Source: Macrostomum lignano | Taxonomy: Eukaryota | Length of the DNA: 64,000 nucleotides | Assembly: GCA_002269645.1 (NCBI GenBank) | Contig: NIVC01000274.1 | Coordinates: 116,353 to 180,352 of the forward strand | Direction: 5' to 3' | In this document: positions 26,493-37,900 of the stretch, piece after piece | Position numbering within the stretch: position 1 is the stretch's first letter | Layout: every line of letters starts with the position of its first letter | Notes under the pieces: model-generated | Told to the model about the DNA's origin: nothing | The model's input: the letters and a program-made list of their open reading frames with translations, nothing else | Database searches by the model: none | Program-made: the position numbers and the translations under genes

Positions 26493-27384
26493 TTCAGATT
26501 TACATCCTAAGGGTGACGGGGCTGCTATTTATTCGCGGGAGAGAGAAAAGTCTTCAGATGTACATTCTAGAGGTGACGGGTCTGTTAGCGATTGGAGGAG
26601 AAATTTTAGAATTTATATATATGAGTTATTCGGGAGGGCGAACTCGTACTGTACTTGTATGTATTTTCCATGGATGTTGGTTGGGGCTGCTTGTCGAGTG
26701 AGCTTTCATGAGCATCGGTGTACATCCTGTACATTTAATTTGAAACTGGACGCTGCACAGTGCTTGTATATGTTTTTCCAGGTACTGATGAGCGGCTTAG
26801 CTCTATTGGAGGTGTTTCGCCGGTTCATCTGGAACTATTTCCGCTTAGAGAACGAGCACCTGAACAATTGCGGCCAATTCCGAGCTGTCCGCGACATCAA
26901 CATCAAACCGGTGGACGTGCCGATGGACGCGGATCCCGGATTCAATGGCAGCAACTGCGGCGGCGGAGGTGGCGCAGGCGGCGGTGGCGACGGCGACGGG
27001 AGAGATGGCAACGCCACTGATGCAGTCGAAGTCGGCGACGAAGACTTGGAGGCCATTGTGCCGAAGCGATACGCTCCACATCTGTACAGGGCGTCGATGA
27101 AGAGGCGCGAGCAGCAACAGCAGCAACAGCAACAGCAGCAGCAGCAGCATCAGCAGCAGCAACAACAGGAGCAGCAATTGTTTCTCAGCATACGCAGCAT
27201 CTGCAGCGGCAGCAGCGGCACCCGGGGCGGTAGCGGCAGCGGACGATGGCGCAGGGTTGGAGAAGACTCGGAATCGATTCCAGAACAGCAGCAGCAATCG
27301 AATGCTTCGTCGTCTCGTTTTGCCAATCTGTCAATGGCCGACGCATTTCTTATAGCTGACAAAGCTGACGAATTCAATGTTTAA
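16379..27384 (+). CDS. XPR1: XPR1-type SPX-EXS phosphate exporter, 9 exons: 16379-16447, 16525-16576, 16667-17058, 18932-19114, 19534-19986, 24466-24676, 25425-25619, 25939 (or 25990)-26234, 26782-27384
   Basis: MKFAEHL...[74 protein letters not shown] and [27 protein letters not shown]. All GT-AG junctions are phase-compatible. Confidence 0.93.
17060..17380. repeat. CT-rich low-complexity tract, XPR1 intron 3
   Basis: Degenerate CTCCC/CCAGT units. Confidence 0.85.
18020..18800. repeat. GA-rich minisatellite (GAGAGGAAGGAGAGGGAAGGGCT-like), XPR1 intron 3
   Basis: Purine-rich tandem units of about 23 bp. Confidence 0.9.
19198..19436. repeat. 14-bp tandem repeat (CCAGTCTCCCTCAC)n, XPR1 intron 4
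   Basis: Visible tandem units. Confidence 0.93.
20195..21005. repeat. 10-bp satellite (GGAGAGGAGC)n, XPR1 intron 5
   Basis: Visible tandem units with variants. Confidence 0.95.
21541..24430. repeat. 21-bp satellite (AAATCTAAGAATCCCAATCAG)n, about 137 units, XPR1 intron 5
   Basis: Homogeneous units; diagnostic variants recur at 1155 and 861 bp spacing. Confidence 0.98.
24715..25300. repeat. 20-bp minisatellite (TATGATTTGATAGGGTTGCA)n, XPR1 intron 6
   Basis: Visible tandem units. Confidence 0.95.
25645..25920. repeat. (ATCC)n microsatellite, XPR1 intron 7
   Basis: Near-perfect tetranucleotide run. Confidence 0.97.
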
Positions 27385-27894
27385 CAGCTCAGATAACAGA
27401 TTTCTTGAATTGCTTTGCGATTAAAAAAACTTGCATTCAACGGTCCATTCGATGAAGATATGCTAATTAGGCCAAAAGCCAGTGGGTTCTAGAAAGACAT
27501 TATCTTGACAAGATTAGTTTCTTATTACTTAATTATCAACTCTTACCTACAGCTGCAGCAACCTTTCTGATCAGTTCTAGAAATAACTGGAAACCTCACT
27601 TGTTTGCCCGGGATGATTAATCTGTTAACTAGTTTTGCCCGCTAGTCGAATCTGTTTTTTTTATATTGACATTGTTTATTTTTTTCTGTTCTTTTTTCAC
27701 GCTTCAGTGCTTTCTTGTAGTTTCTTCTGTTTAAATTCATGGCAATGATATTTTATTAGTGGCTTGTTATAAACTTGTTATTCTGACTTTGTTGCATTTC
27801 TTTCAAACTTTTGTAGCTTTGATGAGTAGTCGTGATTCTTTTATTAGCGTTTTTTACTTTTAACTCATGAGTGAACTTCTAGTAGATTTTGTTC

Positions 27895-28175
27895 TCGGCG
27901 CCACGTTAGGTTTGTAATTGGCGCCAAAATAGGCTTGTATTTGACGCTAAAATAGGTTTGTAGTTGGCGCCAAATTAGGTTTGTAATGCGCGCTAAACTA
28001 GGTTTGCAATGCGCGCTAAAATAGGTTTGTAATTGGCGCCAAAATAGGTTTGTGATCAGCGCTAAAACACATTTGGGATTTTACGCGCGAAAAAAGTTTT
28101 ATCATTAGCGACTTGCTTTTTTGATAAACCAAGACAGACTAGGATATCTTAGCGCCTAAAATAGGTTTGTCTTCG
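27895..28175. repeat. Degenerate 23-bp repeats (TAGGTTTGTAATTGGCGCCAAAA)
   Basis: Several copies of TAGGTTTGT plus (G)GCGC(C/T)AAA. Confidence 0.7.
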
Positions 28176-28784
28176 GCGCATAGACATGCACTGTGATTGG
28201 TGTAATAAATTAGGTTTATTATTACCATACATGGGCGCCAATATTAAGTAGGTATTTAGCGTCATATTGTTTCTCCCGCCCGACAGCTTTAGAACAATTT
28301 TTAATTGACTTTCTATTTGTCCCTTGCTTGACAGAGAGATCAATGTTGTATTTATTATTTTACTTCTGTTAACTTCCTTACCGTAGGGTCAACAGGTGTA
28401 AAAATGATTTTTTGGTTTTTTAGTATTAGAAAAATGCATTTCCCCTTGAGTTACTTAATGTACTCGTAGTTAAGTTTGGATTTTGTTTCACTACTCTTGT
28501 AAGTAGTGTACATGTGAAATTGTTAACTGATTTTAATTGAATTTTCTGCCTGCTCTAATACTGACTGAGTATATTGTGCAATTCACTTTACTGTTGTTTG
28601 TAAATAATAAACAGCCTCTAGTGACTTCCCGGGTCACCCAATGCACCTCATTAATAGTGATCAAACCGGAACTTGCCTGCAATGGAAGTCTTGAGGCTGC
28701 CTTCAGTCTTCTGCCTTTATTTAATAAGACTTACAATTTTAGCATCATACAAACCATTTTTAGTAATAGGAATTCATGCGAGAA

Positions 28785-30400
28785 TTCTCTATGCTGAGAT
28801 ATAGTTCTTATGCTGTGGGAGACTTTCTAGGCTGTGGGAGAATTTCTATGCTATGGGAGAATTTCTATGCTATGGGAGAATTTCTATGCTGTGGGAGAAT
28901 TTCTATGCTATGGGAGAATTTCTAGGCTGTGGGAGAATTTCTATGCTGTGGGAGAATTTCTATATTGTGGGAGAATTTCTATGCTGTGGGAGAATTTCTA
29001 TGCTGTAGGAGAATTTCTATATTGTGGGAGAATTTCTATATTGTGGGTGAATTTCTATATTGTGGGAGAATTTCTATGCTGTGGGAGAATTTCTATATTG
29101 TGGGAGAATTTCTAGGCTGTGGAAGAATTTTTATATTGTAAGAGAATTTCTATGCTGTGGGAGAATTTCTACATGTATATTGTGGGAGAATTTCTATACT
29201 GTGGGAGAATTTCTATGCTGTGGGAGAATTTCTAGGCTGTGGGAGAATTTCTATTTTGTGGGAGAATTTCTATGCTGTGGGAGAATTTCTATGCTGTGGG
29301 AGAATTTCTATGCTGTGGGAGAATTTCTATGCTGTGGGAGAATTTCTATTTTGTGGGAGAATTTCTATACTGTGGGAGAATTTCTATAATGTGGGAGAAT
29401 TTCTATGCTGTGGGAGAATTTCTATTTTGTGGGAGAATTTCTATGCTGTGGGAGAATTTCTATGCTGTGGGAGAATTTCTACATGTATACTGTGGGAGAA
29501 TTTCTATACTGTGGGAGAATTTCTAGGCTGTGGGAGAATTTCTATAATGTGGGAGAATTTCTATGCTGTGGGAAAATTTCTAGGCTGTGGGAGAATTTCT
29601 AGGCTGTGGGAGAATTTCTACATGTATATTGTGGGAGAATTTCTATACTGTGGGAGAATTTCTATATTGTGGGAGAATTTCTAGGCTGTGGAAGAATTTT
29701 TATATTGTAAGAGAATTTCTATGCTGTGGGAGAATTTCTACATGTATATTGTGGGAGAATTTCTATACTGTGGGAGAATTTCTATGCTGTGGGAGAATTT
29801 CTAGGCTGTGGGAGAATTTCTATTTTGTGGGAGAATTTCTATGCTGTGGGAGAATTTCTATGCTGTGGGAGAATTTCTATGCTGTGGGAGAATTTCTATG
29901 CTGTGGGAGAATTTCTATTTTGTGGGAGAATTTCTATACTGTGGGAGAATTTCTATAATGTGGGAGAATTTCTATGCTGTGGGAGAATTTCTATTTTGTG
30001 GGAGAATTTCTATGCTGTGGGAGAATTTCTATGCTGTGGGAGAATTTCTACATGTATACTGTGGGAGAATTTCTATACTGTGGGAGAATTTCTAGGCTGT
30101 GGGAGAATTTCTATAATGTGGGAGAATTTCTATGCTGTGGGAAAATTTCTAGGCTGTGGGAGAATTTCTACATGTATATTGTGGGAGAATTTCTATACTG
30201 TGGGAGAATTTCTATATCGTGGGAGAATTTCTATGCTGTGGGAGAATTTCTATGCTGTGGGAGAATTTCTATGCTGTGGGAGAATTTCTATATCGTGGGA
30301 GAATTTCTATGCCGTGGAAGAATTTCTATGCTGGGGAGAATTTCTATGCTATGGGAGAATTTCTATATCGTGGGAGAATTTCTATGCTGGAGAGAATTTC
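28785..30400. repeat. 19-bp minisatellite (GTGGGAGAATTTCTATGCT)n with a 569-bp higher-order duplication
   Basis: Identical spurious ORFs start 569 bp apart (29157/29726, 29239/29808, 29405/29974). Confidence 0.96.
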
Positions 30401-30865
30401 TGATTCTGGCCCTGAACCCGAAGAGAAACGAAAGAGATCATTGTGTAAGTTCGAGTTTGTGATCAAGTGCCATTTGAAATTTATGAAACCGTGATGACGT
30501 AGTGAACCCCCCCCCTCCAAGGCAGCCAAAATTGAAAGTTCCGAGTTGATAAAAATAGACTCGAGTAATTCTGGAATTGCCTTTTTACACAATTACTAGC
30601 TACTGTTGGAACTTTATATTTTTGTGCCTGAAGGCATTACCTGACAGTGCTACATCTTATCTATATCGTCACTACCTAGTGACCTGCAAGATTACAAGCA
30701 GACGCGTGTCGAATAAACACAAATTCCACGGGATTCCCTCCGAACTCGGAGCGGGAACCGTGTGCCTCGTTATAAAGTTGGACCCTTCCTGAAGCTCGCT
30801 ATGTAAGATTGTCTCTTTTCTGCCACCAACTGAAGCAAACTTCGTCTCTTGGTGCTGCGTCAATC

Positions 30866-31363
30866 ATGCGATTTCAATGCTCGATTCCGTATTTACTGCT
30901 AGTTGGCCTTGCTCTGCTGCATCGGACCAGAGCCAGCGCCATTCCCACCTACCTGTGGCCAACCAGCAGGCCGGTGCTGGAGTCCCGCATCCTCACTAGT
31001 AATCAGTTTGACAAGGCTAATCTGGAAGCTTTCCGTCAGGCTATTTTGATGACGGAGCCGTTCTATCCGCGACAGGACGATCGACTCGAGGGAGTTGCGG
31101 CGCCCTTCGCCGCCTGTCGTCCGCTGGACCCTCCGTCGGTGCGCGTGGAGTCGAATCTGCCACCCAACTGGGAGTCGATCCGGTCCTGCGTAGCGGCCAG
31201 CTCGCTCAGCGGCTACCTGTGGAGTCGCATTCGGTGCGAGCCGGCGGCGACTGGACTCAAACTGGAGTTGAGACTGCGCGAGTCGCGATGGCCTGCTGAG
31301 CGCAGCTACCAGCTGGAGCTGCAAAGGGATTTCAGCTGGGCCTGCCGTGCCATAAGACGCTAG
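30866..31363 (+). CDS. Hypothetical secreted protein, 165 aa, single exon
   Basis: GC-rich island with a signal-peptide-like start (MRFQCSIPYLLLVGLALLHRTRASA) and four Cys in the mature part; no family recognised. Confidence 0.6.
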   Translation: MRFQCSIPYLLLVGLALLHRTRASAIPTYLWPTSRPVLESRILTSNQFDKANLEAFRQAILMTEPFYPRQDDRLEGVAAPFAACRPLDPPSVRVESNLPPNWESIRSCVAASSLSGYLWSRIRCEPAATGLKLELRLRESRWPAERSYQLELQRDFSWACRAIRR

Positions 31364-32879
31364 CGCTTGACATGCGCAATACCAGATCAAATAGTAGATC
31401 GTTGGCAGTTGAGATAGAAAGTTCTCAGTGTTCTTTTGTCTTTTTTATCTTGTGCTAAGAAAGCTGAAAAATTCCTCTTCTCATTAAAGCGCAGCCCATT
31501 CACAATCGTATCTCTCTCCATGGTGCCCCGCTGCTAAGCGTACTTTTTAGTATTACACTTGTACATTGCGTTTTCATTTATATCAGTTTCTTACATGCCC
31601 TGCAAATGCCACTTTTTAAACATATCGCCTTAATGCTGTATACAGAGCTCGCTTATAAATAAGCATGTCGCTCTCTGATAGCTGACTGGCCCGCCCTGTT
31701 TTTTGCTTTAACTTTGTACATTGCTCTCATCTTATCTCAAGCTTATCTCAAATAAAATCAAAGACTGTGCACATTTGATATTAAATTTACATTTTTAAAG
31801 TGGGTTTAATAATTCCTGTCGTGGTAATAACTGTTATGAGCTTTCCTAACTACTTGGTCACTCTTCTACACATATCAAACATGGCATACTGGCCCAGGCT
31901 GCATAAGCGCGGAGTGTCATAAGCTCATGTTTATCATAAGCATGCTGTGCAACGCTGTTGGTTATCTACAATTTGGCTGTACGCATCTATCGCGTAACTG
32001 TTGCAACAGTTTAGAAAACTAATTACCATTATCCATATTGAGCTTTGTTGACTGAAGAGTGCTCAACTTACTGTCTTTGTCACCTGACTGGATCCCGCAT
32101 GTCTGTATCAGGCGTGGCAATGACTCAGACTGGGCCCCACCTGTACGATGGCAGCCAAGGAGTTCATATAGACCACAACATGGAGATAAGGTACTACTCC
32201 AAGTTCTATTGCGCTAGGTATTTATGCACCCGCATGAATTATATACAGCATTCAAAATTGTCTGAGTCATTGATACAACTGGTTCATTTATTTAACATTT
32301 ATTCAATTGAGTTAGTCTTTGTATCACAGCAATATAGCAATCGTACGCTCGCATTATTAGGGATCGTTTAAAATTGTTTTAACAATTAAAAACCCTAATA
32401 TTAGTGGAGGTATACGCAAGGGATCCAAGGGGTTTGAGGGGGTCAGCTGACCTCCCTGAAAAAATCAGGGGATCATGAGCCACCAATGGAAATTTGAGAC
32501 AAAACTAAAATTCAACTGTTTTCTATATGAAAAAAATATTGGAGGAGGGACAGCATAACTTTACTCAATGGCGAATCCGGGAGGGCGTCAAAGGGGGGTC
32601 AGCTGACCACTTTGACCCCCGGGAAAAAACCCATGATCCGTCGATTCGAAAGACATCAGGCCGGTGTCCAACTTGCGTGTATATTCACTCGCGTAGCACC
32701 TATCACATCCACAATTGACAGGTGAACTCTCGTGATCATCTGCACATTTCTGGGACACTTCAGCAAACAGTGACTTCCACTTCTTCGGCGACCGATGCTG
32801 CTTCCAGTGAAGTGGCTGGTCGTGTCGTCAAAGAAGATGAAGATCGTCTCTATTAGCGTGCTAGACGTCTAGGGTAATG

Positions 32880-33125
32880 GGGTGCGACAGGGGTGTCTAT
32901 CGATTGGGACAGGGGTGCCTATACATGTAAATTGGGACAGGCGGGTCTATAGATTGGGACAGGGGTGCCTATCGATTGGGACAGGTGCCTATAGATTGGG
33001 ACAGGTGCCTATAGATTGGGACAGGGGTGTCTTTAGATTAGGACAGGGTGCCTATAGATTGGGATAGGGGTGCCTATAGATTGGGATAGGGGTGTCTTTA
33101 GATTAGGGCAGGGTGCCTATAGATT
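32880..33125. repeat. About 22-bp tandem repeat (GGACAGGGGTGCCTATAGATTG)
   Basis: Visible tandem units. Confidence 0.9.
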
Positions 33126-33531
33126 GTCTATAGAAAGTCACCGGTGAAAAAGTTACCGATGGGAAGGCCCACATATCTAGAAGGAATTTAATTTAGCTGT
33201 AATTCGCACGATTTGCGAGCAAGTAGAGCCCTTATGCTTTAGTTGTCCATTTGATGGGGAATATCAGTAATTACCTCAGAAAAAAGAAAACAGTAAGTCA
33301 CAAGAATTTGTTAAAGCATTCGATAAAGAGTTCGTTACAAGTCAGCAAAAATGATTTTACTCATAGCTTCAATTCCAGCTTCCCCTCCATTGGCGGTTGA
33401 GTTTTCCTGATGTCAGCCAATGTGAGAGAGAGGCGCTAAAGAGAGGCGCTCGCGCTTCTGAAGAAGGCATAAATTTGAGTCGTTCAGTAATAATGCTCAG
33501 CTGAGTTCTGAGTATAGAGTCAATTGCAAGA

Positions 33532-34194
33532 ATGTCTTCTTCAGTGTCGTCATCGACCGCTTCGCACTCAACTCATTATGGTTGGCGTCAGCGCGTCGCT
33601 TCGCCGAGCTACTTCGCTTTCAACGCTCGCGCCCTTCTAACGCTGTCAATCTGTCTCATAACGCTGGAGAGTTTCCAGTACCTGCACTGCTGTCTAGCCC
33701 GCCTGCGTTGCATTCTTATGTACACAGATGCCTTCTCTTCGGCGCTTCACGGATGCGCTCTGCTTGTTGGGCTGTACATCATTTTTCCCAGCTTGCTCAG
33801 TCTATTCGCCTCTTCGGACAGCGGGGCCGCCGATCTGCCTCGGCGTCTTCAAGCGGTTGCTGCCAGCGCCGTTGCGTCTGTTGTTGGCGCCGCTCTGACC
33901 CTACTGCTGCTAGCCTGCTCCACAGTTGAGGTGGCGCAATATGCTCACTTTTTCGTCGCCGCCGCTTCGTACAGGGAGCGTGCGCATGTCAGCATCAACC
34001 TGGTCGCCTGTCTGTTTGGAATCGCCTTTGCCGGCGTGGCCCTCGCGTTCCTGGTCATGCAAGCTAAGGTCGCCACTGACGGTGTGTTGGCCGTCTATCG
34101 AAAGCGGCAGACCGCAGCGCCACAGCATCTTCAGCTGCTGGAGTCGCAGGCAGATCTGCCTGCTGACAATCGTGGAAGCTCCGATGTAAACTAG
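33532..34194 (+). CDS. Hypothetical four-transmembrane protein, 220 aa (MARVEL/tetraspan-like topology)
   Basis: GC-rich ORF with four hydrophobic segments (ALLTLSICLITL, CALLVGLYIIFPSLLSLF, AVASVVGAALTLLLLAC, INLVACLFGIAFAGVALAFLV); family not recognised. Confidence 0.6.
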   Translation: MSSSVSSSTASHSTHYGWRQRVASPSYFAFNARALLTLSICLITLESFQYLHCCLARLRCILMYTDAFSSALHGCALLVGLYIIFPSLLSLFASSDSGAADLPRRLQAVAASAVASVVGAALTLLLLACSTVEVAQYAHFFVAAASYRERAHVSINLVACLFGIAFAGVALAFLVMQAKVATDGVLAVYRKRQTAAPQHLQLLESQADLPADNRGSSDVN

Positions 34195-34927
34195 AATAGA
34201 AATATACAGAAGTTTACTTTTAATTATATATATGGTGTAAAATAAATCTTATGTACAAACAAAAAACAAGGATTTGTCCAATTTTTTGGTCTTTTGTCTT
34301 CAATTCGGTATTCGATTATTTTGCAAGAAAATTTTAGGTGAGTTTTTGCAAGAATTTAGATGGCAATAGGGAAGTTATAGAGGTACAGTAAATGCATTTT
34401 ACATGTGCGTACAATAACATGTACAATTCATGTTACATAATTTTCTGAGTTTTAGCCTTTCAATATATCGCTATTGAAAATTTCTACATGTACTTGCAGC
34501 TGTAATCGACTTCGGAGCATTTTTATATATGTAAGAAGACTAGTGTATGTCCAAGCCGATGATCGTTCTTTTACTTATTTTTTTTTAATATTAATAGCTG
34601 TCCGTTGTGCAAAGCTCATGCCTTACTTGTACATCACAGGTAAGTAAACAAGGATCCACATTAACAAAAAACGCATAGAGAATTTTTTAAGGATAAAATA
34701 ATTTAATTACTTTAACATCCTAACAGTCTTTTAAGCTTAGGAATTTTATTTAAACGTAAAATTGGTTTACGTTGTAAAATTTTTGAAGACTTTTGAAATT
34801 AGAAAAAGCCTTTTTTGTTCAATTGTGTCATGGTAATCTAATGACCCATGCAAGCAAACTGAAGGTTTAGTGAACAACATCGTTTTATTAACATCAAAGA
34901 GAAGGTTTACCATCCGGAAGCTGTATA

Positions 34928-37900
34928 ATGGCAACCAACGATACAGCGAAGACAGACAACACGGAGACGAAGGCTGAAAAGAAGGTTGTAGGTAAGTCAA
35001 GAAATTTACTTAATCGAGGCTCAAACCTAGTGCTACTGTGCTAGTACCAGTACTAGACCTAGTAGAAGCTTGCAGTAGCCAATATTGATTATACGTGGTT
35101 ATCGATGTAATATTATTGAAACATTTTATAACATAATGTTTTTACATGTAACAGACAGACGTATAATATTTGCCTTTAATAATATTAATTAATAGACGTT
35201 GACCCAATTAAATAGGCCTAGCATAGGTCTAGGCTAGTGTAGACTGTAGTCTAGCGTAATATAGTAAGCTAAGCTAAAAGGTCTACTACTACTGGCTGCT
35301 AGACCTAAAATTAGGCCTAAATTTAGCCTTATTTATTACATTTATCCATTTTTGTTTTATGACATGTTTAGTCTATAGGTCGGTAATGGCTAGGGCCTAG
35401 AGTTCCGGCACTGAAACTCGTTTTCTAACAGCTAGGGATCCGGCAGTGCCGTATAGAAGCATATAAAGACTGCTAAGAACATATATTAATAAGTCTAAAT
35501 ATTAAAAGCATCTTGTCCTGAATCTTATCATATCGTCTGTCTTAACTTAAATTTTAATCTAGAACAAAATCTCAATATCAGCCACCTGTAGAAAGAAAAA
35601 TATAATGTTCTATCTATATTATAATGGCACTGCCGGATCCATAGCCATTAGAAAATGGGTTCCAGTGCCGGAACTCTAGCCATTGCCTTATAGGGCAATT
35701 GTCAACATCAAGTTCCATTTGTTAAATTATTTCGACTCTAGAAAAGTACTATATAAACTATTTTAAGTACAAATAAATATTTTTAAGAGACTTAAGCCTG
35801 ATTAAGCACTAATCCTATGCTTCAAAACTTGTTATAGGGCCTAATGTATCTGATACCAAAAAGCTGCAATAGGGACAGGGTCTATGGCCAAAATGTTAAC
35901 AAGTGAATCAGTCTTAATAGAAACAAATAAAAAGTATTATTGTCTATGGTCAAACTGCCAACAAACAGCAAAAGCTTTGCATGTTATAGTAATGAGAAAT
36001 CCATAATAGGGTATTCCCAAATGGGTTCATTGGGTTTAGTTGACACAACAATTCTTCTAAGTATATTTCAAATAGGGCTTATAAAGTCCCATGCATGGCG
36101 CGCAGCATAGCCTAGCTATAGGCTGTCCAATGAGATTTTGAAAGTAAAAAAATCTGCTAATCTAACAATAAAACATTATAGAGGATGTTTGTAGCATTCC
36201 AAAAAGACTTCACTCATGAAAATTGAACTACGAGCTAGTAATAAAAAAGTTATAACAATTTTTGTGTTTAAAAATTTCAACTTTTTAGATGACAAAAATA
36301 CATTACAATCTGGTTCATTTTTTAGTTCTGGAAAAATTTTTTTGTGTTTAAATGAACATAACTTTCTTATTTTTGGCAAGAAATTATTGGCTCTGGTGTC
36401 ATTTGAAAAAAGAAATTGTTTTCATTTTTGTGATATATTTGTCATTGTCTATTTATAGAGATATCATTGGATTTTGTAAAAGAATTTTTTAAAAATATAA
36501 AAATACAAGCTACCGGATGCATGATTTTTTATTCAAACATGGAAAACTTAAAAATATGGAAGATATACTCTCACTATTTTGTCCTTGTGTTAAGAACATG
36601 TATATTAAATAATATATAAAGTTTTGCTGAGAATTAATTATCTAGAGAAAAGATATTGTTGTTTTATTCATTTCTATATATAATTAATTTGTACCTTTAT
36701 TACACAAATGTATATATTTGACTTTAATCTTTATTATCTCATTAAGTTCTAATATAGGGTACCTATGCTATGTAATGTATTTTATTCTTAGTTTATTTAT
36801 TAGGGAATGATAAATATTATAAAATGTTTTTATCAATTCTATTTATATTGCACAACACTAGTTTTGTTGGCAAAGGCCAATGCACTTTTTCATGAACATA
36901 GATTTTCAGCCTTCTCATTCAAAGTTAAAATGGCATCATCTTCAAAAGATCGCCTTGTGGTCATTTCAAATCAAAGGGCCATCCATTTTTTTGAAAAGGC
37001 AAGAAGTAAAAATGAAACAGGCGTTGCTATGGCAACTCGCCTGCTTCGTGCAATGGGGCTCATTTCGGTGAGCCTTAGTGACAAGTGCAAAGAGGCTCTT
37101 CTGCGAAAGATCCGTCATTGCAAGAAGAAGGCACAAGATTTATACAGAGATCACAAGCGCAAACTGAAGTCTGGCAAGCTTCATTCGTCTTATGATGCCT
37201 TTCTTGAAGCCAGCTTTGATGTGCCTCAAGTACTTCTCCAAGAGGTGCAGCATTTTGTAGGGAAAGGATTAATAATTTTACTTGGGGTATGGTCAGATTA
37301 CAGAGTTTTTTTCTTCTTTTCAGTGTATATTTCAGCAGTTCTGTGCACACAATACTTTATCCAAAATTTGAAATCAAAGTTGACACTATTTTGTAACTTT
37401 TTATGATTTTGTTGACAAACTTTTGTTATCACATTGGACAGCCTAGCTAAATTTAAGGCTTTACTTTTATTTATTTGTTACTTGTCAACTTGTTAAAGAT
37501 CATTGATGTTTAGACTTGACCATAGACCTTTTTCAAATTGAAAAATGTTCAAATGTTCTGGCCATAGACTATTGTAGCCAGTGGTGTGATTCAGGCGCGA
37601 ATTCGCGCCAGGCGCGAAAATGGTGCAAATGCGCGAATCCTGGGGGTCTGGCGCAAAATTTTGTGGAACCATAGCCGCGAAAATTGCATTCTTATTTTCT
37701 GCTTTTTATACTTATTCTCTTGTCAGACAGTATGAAATACAAGAATGTCATAGCTTAGGAGATTAATCTAACAAACTGAGTTCAATCTCAGGCGTCAGCA
37801 GCAGAATGTGCAGAAGAAGAAACAGAAGAAGGCAGGGAAGCTAGCTGAGCTCGTCTTAAAGCGCAAGGCTGCTGAGCTGCTGTCAACGTCGTCAATCACC

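Noticed and set aside
28834-30494. Many Cys/Trp-rich ORFs (GEFLCCGRISMLWENF)
   Set aside because: Products of the 19-bp satellite in all three frames.
32400-32650. GGGGGTCAGCTGACC motifs resembling MITE ends
   Set aside because: Could not define paired TIRs or a TSD.
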